Made by a program: the position numbers and the translations under genes. Positions 1 to 17,144 of a stretch of DNA of 64,000 bases are shown here, one piece after another (position 1 is the stretch's first letter; each line of letters opens with the position of its first letter). The notes under the pieces are model-generated. The model saw nothing but the letters and a program-made list of their open reading frames with translations, searched no databases and was not told the origin of the DNA. This stretch comes from the human T2T-CHM13v2.0 reference genome, Homo sapiens: NCBI RefSeq assembly GCF_009914755.1, contig NC_060942.1; one strand, given 5' to 3'.

Positions 1-52
1 AAAGCACTAAATGAAAAATGATTGATCATGCATTCCCAATATAGAAATTCTA

Positions 53-352
<300 letters not shown>

Positions 353-354
353 CC

Positions 355-1035
355 ACGAAATTTTAAATAAATATTAGCAAATTAAATCCAACATTATAAT
401 TTTAAAATGCTATATTATGACCTAGTAGGACTTATTCCAAAAAGGCAGCCACGGTTCAGCCTCAGGTAATATGTTCCTGTTATTCCCTGCATTAAGGAAA
501 TCATTGATAAAACCATACAGTCCTGTCAATGGTATTTAATAAAATGTACTACTCAATCCAGATTAAAAAGAAAACTGTTAGTAAGCTATACATGGGAAGG
601 ACATTTCTTATTTAGTAAAAAACGGCATCTACTTGTAGCAAGCCCTGTTTAATGGTGAAACCATATTTAATGGTGGCCTCATTAAAGACAGCAATGCAGT
701 GTGCTGTTATAAGTATTTTAACTGGTGCTCCTAGCCAATTAACAAACAAATTTGTTGTAAAAGAAGAGACAGTACTGTCACTTGCAAATTATTTTAATGC
801 CTCCATGGAAAATCCAAGGAAATTAAATATATATATATGAGAGAGAACTCCTAAGAGGATGATATTGTGACATACACAAAATCAACTTGCCAAAATCCAG
901 AGTTTTCCCACATACCGGCAACACTCACTTAGAGAATAAAATGGAGCAACCTCTTACAGTTGCTAGAAGAACTAAAAAATACCTAGGAATATACCTACAA
1001 GAGGGCAGGCTGGAATAACTGGAAAAATATGCTCC
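355..1035 (+). mobile_element. Old degenerate L1M fragment
   Basis: A-rich, with L1 ORF2-like words (tacacaaaatcaac, aaaatacctaggaata); boundaries approximate. Confidence 0.5.
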
Positions 1036-1301
1036 ATCTTTCATAACAATGCCATGGCTGCCGATTATGCTGGTGTGAATTTGTCAATAAACATGCCCTA
1101 CTTAATTTGGCAAAGGTTTGCGCTTTGTGTTCTTCATGGCTTTTGCTGGAAGCAGATAAAGCTAGCCAATATTGTTTCTCATTTTACTAGTGAAGAAACT
1201 GAGGCTTGGTTTTTGTGACACAGTGTGTCCAGGTATAGTTAATGAGACAAAAGCCTAGATGGCACTAAGTCAGTCCTGGCCTAGTGGCTTTTTTATTTTA
1301 A

Positions 1302-1579
<278 letters not shown>

Positions 1580-1622
1580 TCTGTGAGAGTTTTTATGATG
1601 ACAAATTAAGATATCCATCATG

Positions 1623-1914
1623 GGCTGGGCACAGTGGCTCACACCTGTAATCCCAGCACTTTGTGAGGCTGAGGTGGGTGGCTCACGAGGTCAGGAGTTC
1701 GAGACCAGCCTGGTCAATATGGTGAAACCTCATCTGTACTAAAAATATAAAAATTAGCCAGGCGCAGTGGCACATGCCTGTAGTCCCAGCTACTTAGGAG
1801 GCTGAGGCAGGAGAATCGCTTGAACCCAGGAGGCAGAGGTTGCATTGAGCCGAGATCACGCCACTGACTCCAGCCTGGGTGACAGAGCGAGACTCTGTCT
1901 AAAAAAAAAAAAAA
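1623..1914 (+). mobile_element. Alu (S-like)
   Basis: Full dimer with A tail. Confidence 0.9.
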
Positions 1915-1945
1915 GATCATTTTTTCTTTTAAATTTTTTTGGTGA

Positions 1946-2285
<340 letters not shown>

Positions 2286-2384
2286 TCAACTGTGTTAATG
2301 GCTGTTCATCATAATTCCTCACTCAATGAGCAGGATAGAACTAGAATGAATTCTGTAGTTCTACTTGCTCTCGGCATAATGCCA

Positions 2385-2655
2385 TTGAGCTCCATAACCT
2401 GGTCTCAGTGCTTTCAAGCCCTCTGGAGGCTGTGGGGAGAACCCTTCCTTGCCTCTTCCAGCCTCTGGTGGCTGCTGGCCTTCCTTGACTTGTGGCAGCA
2501 TCACTCCAGGCTCTGCCTCCATGGTTGACAGTGTCCTCTTCTCTCCTATGTGTGTCACTTTGAAGGATACATGTGATTGTATTTAGGGCCAACCTGGCTA
2601 ATCCAGGATAATCTCTCTCATCTCAGGATCCTTGACTTAATCACATCTGCATACA
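2385..2655. mobile_element. MLT1 (MaLR LTR) fragment
   Basis: ctctggaggctgtggggagaacccttccttgcctcttccagc...taatccaggataatctc...ttaatcacatctgca is typical of MLT1. Confidence 0.75.
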
Positions 2656-3581
2656 CACTCCCCGAAGAAAGCACACTTTTTAGAGGCAGTTGGGCAGAAT
2701 TTTGACTACTAGTCAATTGTTACCTTGTTGACCTTGACCAAGCTCCTTAACTTCTTTGAACTTTACTTTCTTCATCCGCAAATGGAATTAATACATACCT
2801 ACCTCAGAGAGTTTGAAAGGGTTAAGAGAAATGATTTGATTGAAATACTACCTGGATTTCTTTTTCCTTTCCTTAGATTCAAAGCTTTATTTGGACTCAT
2901 CTTTTTATCTCCAGAGCCTGTCCCTGGCACATAGCGGTTGCCCAGTAAATGTTTCCTGATTAATTTTCTGTCCTCTGAAGGACAGCGTGCTATTGCACTG
3001 TCATGTACCATGGGGGACACGGGGGGGAACAGCTCGGTGGTGATGGCCCATCTAGAAACATTCTGTATGTGAGAACTATGTCATTAATTTAGCAAAGTGA
3101 GAGAGATGTTTGCAAAGCTGAACCCCTAATGCTGTGATTTCTGTATAAATATGCTAAATGGAGTGCATATCTGATTCAAGAAAAGAACTGTTGATCCCAA
3201 AAGGGAAAAATTAGACATAGGGTGTGACGTGTCTAGATACCTCCACATGCGCTCATGCACACATTCCTGCGCCATAAAGGATTGATTTTTTTTTTTTAAC
3301 CTTGGTGTTTTGTGTTTGAGCTGTGTGCTAACAGTCAGTGTCAATGTCTGCCTTCTGAGCTGTGGGCGATTCCCATTGTTGTGAGGTTTCCTCCAACTGG
3401 ACGTTAAGTTACTGAGAACAGGAATCAGGGATGCGATTGGTGCGTGTCTTCTGTGGCTACCTGGTCAGCATTCATAAACGGTGATAATGGATTGAATGCT
3501 GCAGTTTCAACCTTCCTGACAACAGAGGAGAGTGTTACTTTGGGGCATGAACAGTTATTGATCCAGCTGGGCCTTGGTTAA

Positions 3582-3684
3582 TGAGTCATTTGGCTTACAG
3601 TGTTCCCGAGTCACAGGCTGTCCTGAAGATCACCTGCTGACTCATTGGTGCCCTTGTTTCCCCGAGGCCTCCTGCAGTGACGTG
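3582..3684. promoter_or_regulatory. Putative intronic enhancer: AP-1 / NRF2-MAF ARE / CRE half-site cluster
   Basis: TGAGTCA 3582-3588, TGCTGACTCAT 3635-3645, TGACGT 3678-3683 in apparently non-repeat sequence. Confidence 0.45.
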
Positions 3685-4526
3685 CTGAGGAGAGGAGCCC
3701 AGGTCTGCGGGTGGGGGACCCGTCCTCTGAGAAGCCTGCAGCTTCTCCTCCAGGACCCTTCCAGCCCACCTGGCTGGCTGTGGGGATAATGGGCACTTGG
3801 GAGCATTGGAGGGGGAGGAAGCATAGAGAAAGCAGCAGGAGACGCACCTGGAAGCCCAGGGGAGGGAAGTCCACCTCCCTGCAAGTGTAGGGCAGTGAGA
3901 GGAGCCCTGGCACCAGCAGAGCAAGAAAGAAATGCATGCACCGTTCAGAATAAGCTGTCAGGTCGTCTGGCTGTTTAAGATTTATTTATTAATGGTATGT
4001 GACATTTAGCATTTCTCAATGCCTAAGATTAAACTAATGCTTTGAATCCTGATCATGCTTTTGAGCTGCTCCTCTTGGGTACTTGTGGCATCGTGTTGGC
4101 AGACCCTGAGTGACATCTTCAGCGGCGGGAAAACGAAATGTATTTCACTGGGAGTAAGTAGAGCGGACATTTGAGAGTTTGCTGGGTCCCAGACAGTGTT
4201 ATGTGAATGAAAGTGTTGGAAATGTAATCTGGATCCTCAGGGAATTTCTGAAGTGTCGGGAGAGGAGATTTGATGAGCAGAAGCAATTGGAGAACAGCAT
4301 TCTAGGGTATAGAAGCAAACTATCAACTGTATGGTGAAGAGCTCACTGAGAACTGGGCTAATGGAGCGGCTTCGTGCATTCACTCAGTAGCGATTGAGAG
4401 ACTTCTGGGCCAGGGCTGGGCGCACACGGGGATGAAATATGGTCCCTTCCCTTTCCACACCTGTGTGGTAACAAGGGGCTAGATTAGCAAACAATTAAAA
4501 TCCAACACGTCCTACTGTACAAGTAT

Positions 4527-4686
4527 GAGAGAACGCTGGAGGAGAAGGCGGCGCGAGCTGAGCCTTTACCACCTGAGTGAAGGAGAAGGCGGGTGCGAGC
4601 TGAGCCCTTAACACCTGAGCAAAGGAGAGAACGCTGGAGGAGAAGGCGGGTGCGAGCTGAGCCCTTACCACCTGAGCAAGGAGAGG
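4527..4686. repeat. GC-rich minisatellite, ~3 copies of GGAGAAGGCGGGTGCGAGCTGAGCCCTTACCACCTGAGCAA, with or without GAGAACGCTG
   Basis: Read directly from sequence. Confidence 0.9.
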
Positions 4687-4883
4687 TTCTCTGTGCTTAG
4701 GTTAATTTCACAGCTGTTTGGGGGCAAATTGGAGTATTTTCCTAGCAATCTTTAAACCACTGTCTTCTATATTGCTTAACCTGTTTAAAATAACTATGAA
4801 GGAAAAAGATGCTTTTGAATTATGATGATTGTAATGTTATCGACAGATCTTAGCTGGTAATTCTGTTTTCCTTTTCTCCTTAG

Positions 4884-5015
<132 letters not shown>

Positions 5016-6409
5016 TAGTATTAATGCAGTATTTTAGCTTTCATGCCATTCAGTGTGTGTCTACAAAATGCTTGGTGCCTTCTGTAGTAAGAAGGACTTC
5101 AGTTATTCCCGTAGCACATGCAATGATACTTCTCTCTGATTCTCATTACGTTTTTATAACATTTTTTCTTTACAGCATTTTGATTTTTTAGGATAATAGG
5201 TGATGTTAAATGAATTGATTAAATGACCAGAAATACCTTATTGGACTGCATTAGAATTCAAAGCTCTTTGTTCCTCCTTCCCACTAATGTTTACTTGAGA
5301 AGAAAAATAGGAGACAGGAGATAGTTGGACTGAAGTCCCAGTGTTTTTCACCAACTAGCTCTGAGACCTTGGACAAGTTGCCCAAACCTTCCTAGCCACA
5401 TAGTTGCCATTGGAGTTAAGGTGCCTCCCCTTGTAGCAGCTGTGAGGTTTAGATGACATGACGTGTGAAACCTCATGCAGGGGGCCTGGCACGGAAGGCC
5501 CTCCATACATGTTAGCTGCCACCTTCTGCTTCTCCCTTACTGGAGAGACAGTCACCAACAAACCTGGAAGGATTTATCTGCCCGAGATTTTCCCCATTCT
5601 CCTCCAGAATTGTTGCTATGGGTCTTTGCTGACTGCACTAAAACTCTGATCCTATTACATTAGTAATTGCAAAATCTTTCTGTGTAACAGTTTCTCCATT
5701 GTGCTGGGAAGAGTAAACACAACTTTGAACTTGAAACAAAAAAAAATTTTAAATAAGGGACTCAGACTTTTCAGAGTTTCAGCGTAGCTAATGCTACAAG
5801 GTCACACCATGTAGCACATAAAAAGGAATGACAGAGGCAAAGAGAAAGGAGAAATGATGAGATAGTGATGAGACTCCAAAGGGAAATTGAGACTTAAAAA
5901 GCTTTCTGCAGAGGGACAGGGAAGTGGAGACAGAATGCTCAGGGAAGCAGTTGACACCTGTCAGTTTGGGGGGTCAGGCCCTGTGCTGCCTGCCACTTGC
6001 TTTGCCTGCTGTGGACACAATTGTCTTCCTGAATCCTTTTAAGGAAAACTGAAAACCAAAAGATTGCGAACTGCCCAATAAACAATATTACGTTTTAAAT
6101 GCCTGTTGTGGTTTAAAAAGAGGAAATGATGTATAATCCAGTGGAAAATGTGTTTTTGTGTCTTCTACACTCTGCTGGAGCTCTGCTTAGTAGCCACAAT
6201 ATAGAATGAAATGTGCTTCAAAGAACTTGAATGAAAAACTCTAGCTTTGGTGGCCTTTTGTTGGTGCATCATTTCAAGTCCTATGACAGGATAGGATGTT
6301 AGAGCAGAAGGAAGCTTAGAAATCACCCAACCCAGGCCTTAGGAAGGTTAACTCAGGAGTTGGTAGTAACTCGGGCTTCCGATTCAGGCTCGGAAGCTTG
6401 AGTTGGTAC

Positions 6410-6508
6410 TTTTTCCTGAGTTATTCCTGACTTATTCCTGAGTTATTCCTGACTTATTTCTGAGTTATTCCTTATTTATTCCTGAATTATTCCTGACTTA
6501 TTCCTGAG
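6410..6508. repeat. 11-bp tandem repeat TTATTCCTGA(G/C), ~9 copies
   Basis: Read directly from sequence. Confidence 0.95.
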
Positions 6509-6590
6509 TCAGTGCTTCCTTCCATCTCTATTTTGTATTTAATTCCAATCTTTCTCCGCTATCTATGCTAGGATAAAAATAATCAGCCCA

Positions 6591-6884
6591 GGCCGGGCAC
6601 GGTGGCCCACGCCTGTAATCCTAGTCCTTTGGGAGGCTGAGAGGGGCAGATCGCCTAAAGCCAGGACTTCGAGACCAGCCAGGTCAGCATGGTGAAACCC
6701 CGTCTTTACCAAAAATACAAAAATTAGCCAGGCGTGGTAGTGGGCGCCTATAATCTCAGCTACTCAGCAGGCTGAGGCGGGCGGGAGAGTGGCTTGAACT
6801 CAGGAGGCAGAGGTTGCAGTGACCTGAGATCCCACCACTGCACTCCAGCCTGGGTGACAGAGTGAGAGTGTGTTTCCAAAAAAA
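6591..6884 (+). mobile_element. Alu
   Basis: Full dimer; agccca on both flanks. Confidence 0.9.
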
Positions 6885-7130
6885 GCCCAAATTTTTACTC
6901 TAAACTATGTCAATATCACATCCCATAGAATTTGACAGTGAATTTTCTGAAGTGTATATCTCACACACTCTTCCTCCCACGGTTTAAATGGCAAGTCTCA
7001 GTTTACACAATTACTTAGTGATGCACCTGATAACAGAATATTTTTTATGGAGGCAGTATCATGTAAAGGAAAGTGTGTTGGATTTTGATCCACAGTTATT
7101 CCTTCTTAGTTGTATGGCTTCAGCAGGTAG

Positions 7131-7430
<300 letters not shown>

Positions 7431-7750
7431 AGGATTAGTCCTTGCTAATACAAGGACACTATTAGCCCCCTTTGCAAGGTTGTCATAAGGATTAGAGAGC
7501 GTTACATGAAGTGCTTACCACAGCATTGGCACACATTAGAGGCTCAGGTGATGGGGGCTACTGTGATGAAAAGTGGGAATAAAATCCTTTACATTTTAGT
7601 TGCTGCAGTTCCTTACTAGAATGCCCATTTAACTGTTTCGATCCAGGAAGGTGGGGTTCTTTCACCACCAGTGTGCTGAGGGAAGGTAGGGAAATGCCTA
7701 ATTTCTCATTGGCTTGCTGTCTAGATCTTATAAAGTTTTGAGAATGAGTG

Positions 7751-8197
<447 letters not shown>

Positions 8198-8397
8198 CTA
8201 GAAATCTTTATGCCATTCTCTTCTGTGCTGTTTTATTGGTTGTCTGACTCAAACCTAAGTGCCTTGTCAAATTCAAACTTTACATTGAAAGTATTTAAGG
8301 GAAAAAATAATTTCTTAGGTTTTCAGGTTAAACTTTTTTACGCATTTCATAGAACATGCACAGAGAATGATCGCCATATCAGAGGCTCGTGGCTTAA

Positions 8398-8691
<294 letters not shown>

Positions 8692-8750
8692 TAATGTTTT
8701 GTGCAACCAAGTAAATAGTGCTAGAATACTGTGTTCACTGACCCAGGTGA

Positions 8751-9284
<534 letters not shown>

Positions 9285-9494
9285 TCTGTGCTAGTATTTT
9301 TGTTTGGTTCGTGCCCTGGTTACAAAGTTGCATAGGTCTGAGTCATCTGCTCCAACCTTGTTTTACCTCATAACTCTATTATATTTACAGTATAATATTT
9401 TAGATGCAAGGTATTTACATTGCATATCGTTATTAACACCTGTATTCTGTTTTGAATAAGTGTTTTTTTGCCCATGTATGAGGAGATAGAGATG

Positions 9495-9513
9495 TGCTGC
9501 CACCTGGTGGCCA
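9495..9513 (-). promoter_or_regulatory. Putative CTCF binding site
   Basis: Minus strand TGGCCACCAGGTGGCAGCA closely matches the CTCF core consensus. Confidence 0.7.
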
Positions 9514-10442
9514 AAGTAGTTGTCTGCATCCTTCAATACCTAAAAGGCCACGTGATTCAGAGTTGTAGAGGTGTGGAATTGAAGAAAGCCAAGCGGTTGT
9601 ACCTTTTCTGCCTCTAAGCAACTTCATGTAAGCCTTTTCTGGTTTGTGTAATGAACTCTCCTCTTGCAGCCACATGAGTGGTTCTTTTACTTAAAATTCA
9701 AGACTAATCCAAACATTATTTTCAATACCTTCTTATTCTTAACGTTCAGATTTAATGACCATCTTCCACTTCCATTCTGCCCTCTTAACTGATCTATATA
9801 AAATAAGATAGGGTTGATGAACATTGACCAATAAGGATATTCTGGATCTCTTAAATTCCCTATAAAATTGCATCGGTCCATTAGCAAATGGACCCCAAAA
9901 GTCAGTGCAAAGCCCTCTTTTGTCCATATTCCGCATTGCAATCCCTGTTGACAGGCGTGTTCTCATGGCTCTGTCCCTGATGTTTGAATAAGCTTATTTT
10001 TCATATACTGGATAATATGCTGTGTCTCACACTTAAAGGATTGTTGTATAGAATTTGAAGACATCTCAGATGAAAGTAGCAGCTATTTGTTGAGTGACTC
10101 AGTGTGTTTAATACGTTGAAGAGTGGATGAATCCAGATTGAATAGCCCAGAAAAGAGAGGCCTGCACACAACTCCGCAGCCATTAGGTGTAATTGGGCCG
10201 CACAGTCGATGGTGGACAGCTATTTATTTTTTCATCTTTGTTGAGTTTCAAATACATAAATGTACAGCGTGGCTGTATAGAGGAACATTAATTCCCCCCC
10301 CCCAATATTTGGCAATCCCAGAACCATACCAATCATAGCAGAGGATAAGCATGAAAGATTCTGATCTCTGTTCCTGCATTGGGATTTTGTAGAGAGGATA
10401 AGATGTGGGTGAATAGCTCCAGTACAAAGAGTACATGAGGCA

Positions 10443-10804
<362 letters not shown>

Positions 10805-10869
10805 TTAGCTCCCCAGCATGTTAATGTTTTGTGTGACTATGTCAATAGTTTTGTACTTTTAAAAATTGT

Positions 10870-11410
10870 GATAAAATATGTAGCATCATTTACCATTTGA
10901 ACTTTTTTAGGTGTATGTGTCAGTAACTCCAGATAACGCTCAGATTGTTTTGCAAACATCACCAGCATCCATCTCTGGAACTTCTTCATCATCCCAAACT
11001 CTACCCATTAAACAGAAACTCCCCATTCACGTTTTCCCCGAGACCCTGGTTACCACGCTTCTACTTCCTGTCTCTATGAATTTAAGTATTCTACCTACCT
11101 TGTGTATAAGTGAAATATATTTGTCCTTTTGTGTCTGGCTTATTTCATTTAGCATAATGTCTTCAAGGTTCATCCATGTTGTAACATGTGTCAGGATCTC
11201 CTTCCTTTTTTCAGGCTGAATAATATTCCATTGCATGTATATGGCACATTGTTCATCCATTCATTCATTGATGGACATTTCGGTTGTTTCCAATCTTTTT
11301 GCTATTGTGTGGAGTGCTTACCTGGAACATTGGTATACAGACATCTGTTCCAGTCCTTGCTTTCAGTACCTTTGGGTAGATACCTAGAAGTAGATTTGCA
11401 TGATCATATA
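10870..11410 (-). mobile_element. L1M 3'-end fragment
   Basis: ttatttcatttagcataatgtcttcaaggttcatccatgttgta...gatggacattt L1 3' hallmark. Confidence 0.8.
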
Positions 11411-11620
11411 CCTCTACTATTCCTGCAACTTTTCTGTAAGTTTGAAATTATATCAAAATTATAAGTTACCAAAAAATATTAGAATATAACATATGGGATT
11501 GTGTATATTTAGTCTTATTGGAAGAGTCAGTCATCCTAAGCTCTGTTTAGGCCTCATATTTTAGGATAAACCAGAGACTCCCATGACTTTAAACATCTGC
11601 ATCTTTTAAAGCAACTATCT

Positions 11621-11919
<299 letters not shown>

Positions 11920-12566
11920 CTATCTATAATTTTACTGCAAGAGAAATAGGTGGTGTTCGTTCTTCAGGGTCTGAGGTATGGATGTTATAGACCTTTGGGG
12001 TGGTTCAGATACCGTTGCTGTTTATGACTGGCTTTAATTATGTGATTGTATAAGAATGTTCTCAATGATCTGAGGAAGACCTCAAGCTAGGGACAGCAGA
12101 AATATATTCTTTTTCATTGATTTACTCTGTGACCTTAGGCAATGCTCAGCTTTTCCAGACCTTTGCATCCTCTGATCTAAAAATAATGGGGTTGGTTGCA
12201 CAATACAGCCACTGAGCTTCATTCTGGTTTGGAAATGTTACAGCTGCAATTGATAAGGTCATTTTGGATTGGTGCACACTCCTCCATCTGGACCAGAGAT
12301 GCCCCAGTGACTGGGAAAGGAGTTGTCCCTTCCTTTGAATATTCAGCCTCATCACTCTTAATCCCAGTAGGAGGAACCTGCCGTCTTTCCCATTGTCTTT
12401 GCATCCTCAGCTCTCTCCGAGCCTCAATTCTTGGACCCTTGGGCTCTGCCGATGGTAGCCTATCCTGGTACGTGCACGCCTGGGATAGGTGACTGCTTGA
12501 CCATGCCCAAATGCGAGTACGGGACCAACCTACTTTTAGGGGTGCTCAGGTAACGAAGGGGGAACT

Positions 12567-12875
<309 letters not shown>

Positions 12876-13676
12876 TCAACTTTAGTGCATTCCAACTGGG
12901 GAGTGAAAAACCACATGTGATCTAACAAAATTGAATAGAAATGGATTCCGCAGCATCAGAGTTGGGAGGAAAGGATGGAGTTGTGGTAAAGTTTCAAGCA
13001 GTAGTGGGGCTGCAGCCAGTGCAAAGTTTGCATAAGGGACAGAGAAGACACAGCAAAGGGAGGATCATTAAATCTTTGGGGCCTGAGGTGAGAAGAAGGT
13101 GTGCACATGATCATGATCAAAATCTCACTCATTCCTCAAGACTCCGCTCGACTTCTCCTAGCTCCTTACAGCGTCTGGTCACTCCAGAGAGAAATGATCC
13201 CTTCTCTTTCTGAGCCTTCTGAAAACCACTTTGGTTCTCCTACCCTGACTACTCCTATCACTACATACATTGCAGCTTGTGGGACCCTATGTGCGTGTGT
13301 GAGCATGTGTGATCTTTTCAATTGTAATTTCAGTTTCTTTAGGATTCAAGCACATGTGTTTCTTCTTCACATTGTTGCTGGTGGCTTATAGGTAGTAGGC
13401 AGCCAAGGAACTTGGACAGGACAGATTGATGACTTCCTAGGACAGAGAACTCCTCCTTCTACCACGAAGCTTTCATGATCCTCGGGGCTCTTCATTGTTC
13501 TTTCCTGGGTTCCTATTTATTCCACTTTGAGTATGTGAGCCCTAACTAGGTTGTACACTGTGACAGTAGCTAAGGATTTTGTTATGTGAAAAACTGTCTC
13601 CCCAACAAGAGGACAAGGACCATGGCTTTCCCCAGGTCCCCCAAAAGCTCTGGGAACACAGGAACCTGGGAAATAG

Positions 13677-14049
<373 letters not shown>

Positions 14050-14150
14050 TAGTCTTTAAACATATTTGCTCCTGCTTTTTTTTTTTTCAAGTATCATCAC
14101 TTCAGGTATCCCTTATGGCATTTTCCCTGACTTGTACTTAAGAAATATAA

Positions 14151-14324
<174 letters not shown>

Positions 14325-14501
14325 TAACCAACACTGCCTTGGCAAGCTTTAGGAAATTATATTCAAGGCTGCCTATTTACTTGCCACATAAAGTGCAGTT
14401 CACCGCCATGCAGAGGATTCTCTCCATGATTGTACATCTGCTCTGAATAGAAGATTCTTGCCTTGCTGCAAATAATGAAAGCAGATTTTTAAAAAATCGA
14501 T

Positions 14502-14618
14502 GAGTCCTGCAGATACAGGGCCTCAAAAAATTGGGTTAAGACTCAGAGTGGTTCCCCTTCATGGAAATCTTTAGCAAAAGGTGAAAGATATATATGATCT
14601 GAAGGGTAACTGGAGTAT
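14502..14618 (-). pseudogene. U5 snRNA pseudogene, antisense in a TTC39C intron
   Basis: Minus strand reads ATACTCCAGTTACCCTTCAGATC...CTTTTGCTAAAGATTTCCATG...CTCTGAGTCTTAACCCAATTTTTTGAGGCC, colinear with U5 including the Sm site; invariant loop 1 is mutated. Confidence 0.9.
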
Positions 14619-15138
14619 AGTTTTTTTTTAAATTTTAATGAATGGAGACTATACGTTCTGCAGAGCTAATGAACACACCTCTAGAGAGAAAGGATCTGTC
14701 TAAAGAATTGGGTGGTTTTGGAAGAATACAAATTGGCAGGACCTAGTGAGAAATGCAGGCTGTCTGGGGTTGAGAATAGAGAACACATCACATTTTGATG
14801 TAATAAAAAGCAAATGTGTGTGTCACAGTGTCACAGTTGCCAGCAGAAAGGCCCAAGACTGTAGAGACAGTATTCCTATGTATTCTGTACTTCTGTGAAT
14901 ACAATGTTGCCGTATTACCTTGAGTTATGTAGTGTCTTATATCCTGAATTATCAGTTATTTTAGTTTTATATGTTTTTATTGAATGAACATTTAATGAAG
15001 CTTTTGAGTATAAATTTGATTATAATGTACAGCAGAGAGCACTGGCACTCAGTAGAAAATTTTAAAATCAAGAGAACTGTGACTAAAAGGCATCTAGTCT
15101 TAGTTCCTTAGGTGTGTGTAAGCCCGTTGAATTATTAG

Positions 15139-15537
<399 letters not shown>

Positions 15538-15735
15538 TGATAGTAGGTTCAGTTGAATAATGAATGAAAGGCATAATTTCCAGTCTGTCAAAAATTGAAA
15601 GCAACATTTTTTATAGAGAGAAGAATTGTTATTCTTAGCTTTGAAGGAGAGGGTCATTCACATTGATGATGAACTGTGTGCTTTTAAAGTGTCTGAGGTA
15701 TATTTTTTATTTGAATTTGTTTTTGAAAAATGTAG

Positions 15736-16017
<282 letters not shown>

Positions 16018-16238
16018 TAGAGGGTGTCGTGATGAAGAAAATCCTGTCACTTAGGTGATGGGAGGAGGAGGCAGCACTGCTGTGGACAGATATGCTTGCC
16101 TTGAACATGTGCTGCTTTTGTTATAAATGTTATTAATTCTGTAGCTGTGGGAGTTGCTGGAAGCATACATTTTTTCTCCCCGAGAGTACTTTGTTTCATT
16201 TAGGTGTGATTCACGTAAGTAAAAAGATACTAAAGTGT

Positions 16239-16533
16239 GGCCTGGTGGGGTGGTTCACCCCTGTAATCCCAGCACTTTGAAAGGCTGAGGCAGGCAGATG
16301 GCTTGAGCCAAGAGTTTGAGACCAACCTGGGCAACATGGTGAAACCCTGTCTCTACTAAAAATACAAAAATTATCTGGGCGGGGTGGTGTGCACCTATAG
16401 TCCCAGCTACTTGGGAGACTGAGGTGGGAAGATCACTTGAGCCCAGGATATCGAGGCTGCAGTGAGCTTTGATCATGCCCCACCACTACAGTCTAAATGA
16501 CAAGAGGGAGATCCTGCCTACAAAAGAAAAAGG
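16239..16533 (+). mobile_element. Alu (J-like)
   Basis: Diverged dimer. Confidence 0.85.
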
Positions 16534-16974
16534 GGAAAAAAAAAGAAATATGTTCTTCTTCATATATGTGCTGCATTTTCCCAAGAAATTAGTATTGACA
16601 GTGTAGACATAATATTCCAGAAATAGTTTATAAGCCACTGTAGAAAATTTTTCAGATTTTTCTCCAGTTACTCTTCTTTTTGACCAAATATAGCATGATC
16701 CATTGAGCCACATATTTTTATCATCAGATTTCCTGCAAATCCCTTTTGCCTATTTCTTTAAAAAAAAAAAAAAAAAAAAAGGCCTTCCTCAAATGTGAAA
16801 ACAAAACATTGCCAATTGCCAATGTTGCTATTCTGGAGATCAAAGGAACAAAACTCCGTAAGAAGTTTTGTACAGTGGCCCTGTAATTCGAGTAGATGTG
16901 TAACCCTCCCAAGGAGGAACTAGCAAGGAAACAGAATATTCTTGGATGTGTTAAATTCTGCTATGTTCTTTTTA

Positions 16975-17144
16975 ATTTTTTTTTTTTTTTTAGTTTTTAG
17001 AGACAAGTCTCATTCTGTTGCCCAGGCTGGGTGCACTGATGTGTTCATAACTCACTGCAGCCTCAAACTCCTGGGCTCAAGTGGTCCTTTCACCTCAGTC
17101 TCCTGAGTAGCTGGGATTACAGGCGTGTGCTACTGCACCTGGCT
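16975..17144 (-). mobile_element. Alu monomer/fragment
   Basis: Poly-T plus one arm. Confidence 0.8.

Noticed and set aside
3574-3941. Cluster of 70-109 aa ORFs on both strands
   Set aside because: Locally GC-rich, no coding signature; better explained as regulatory sequence
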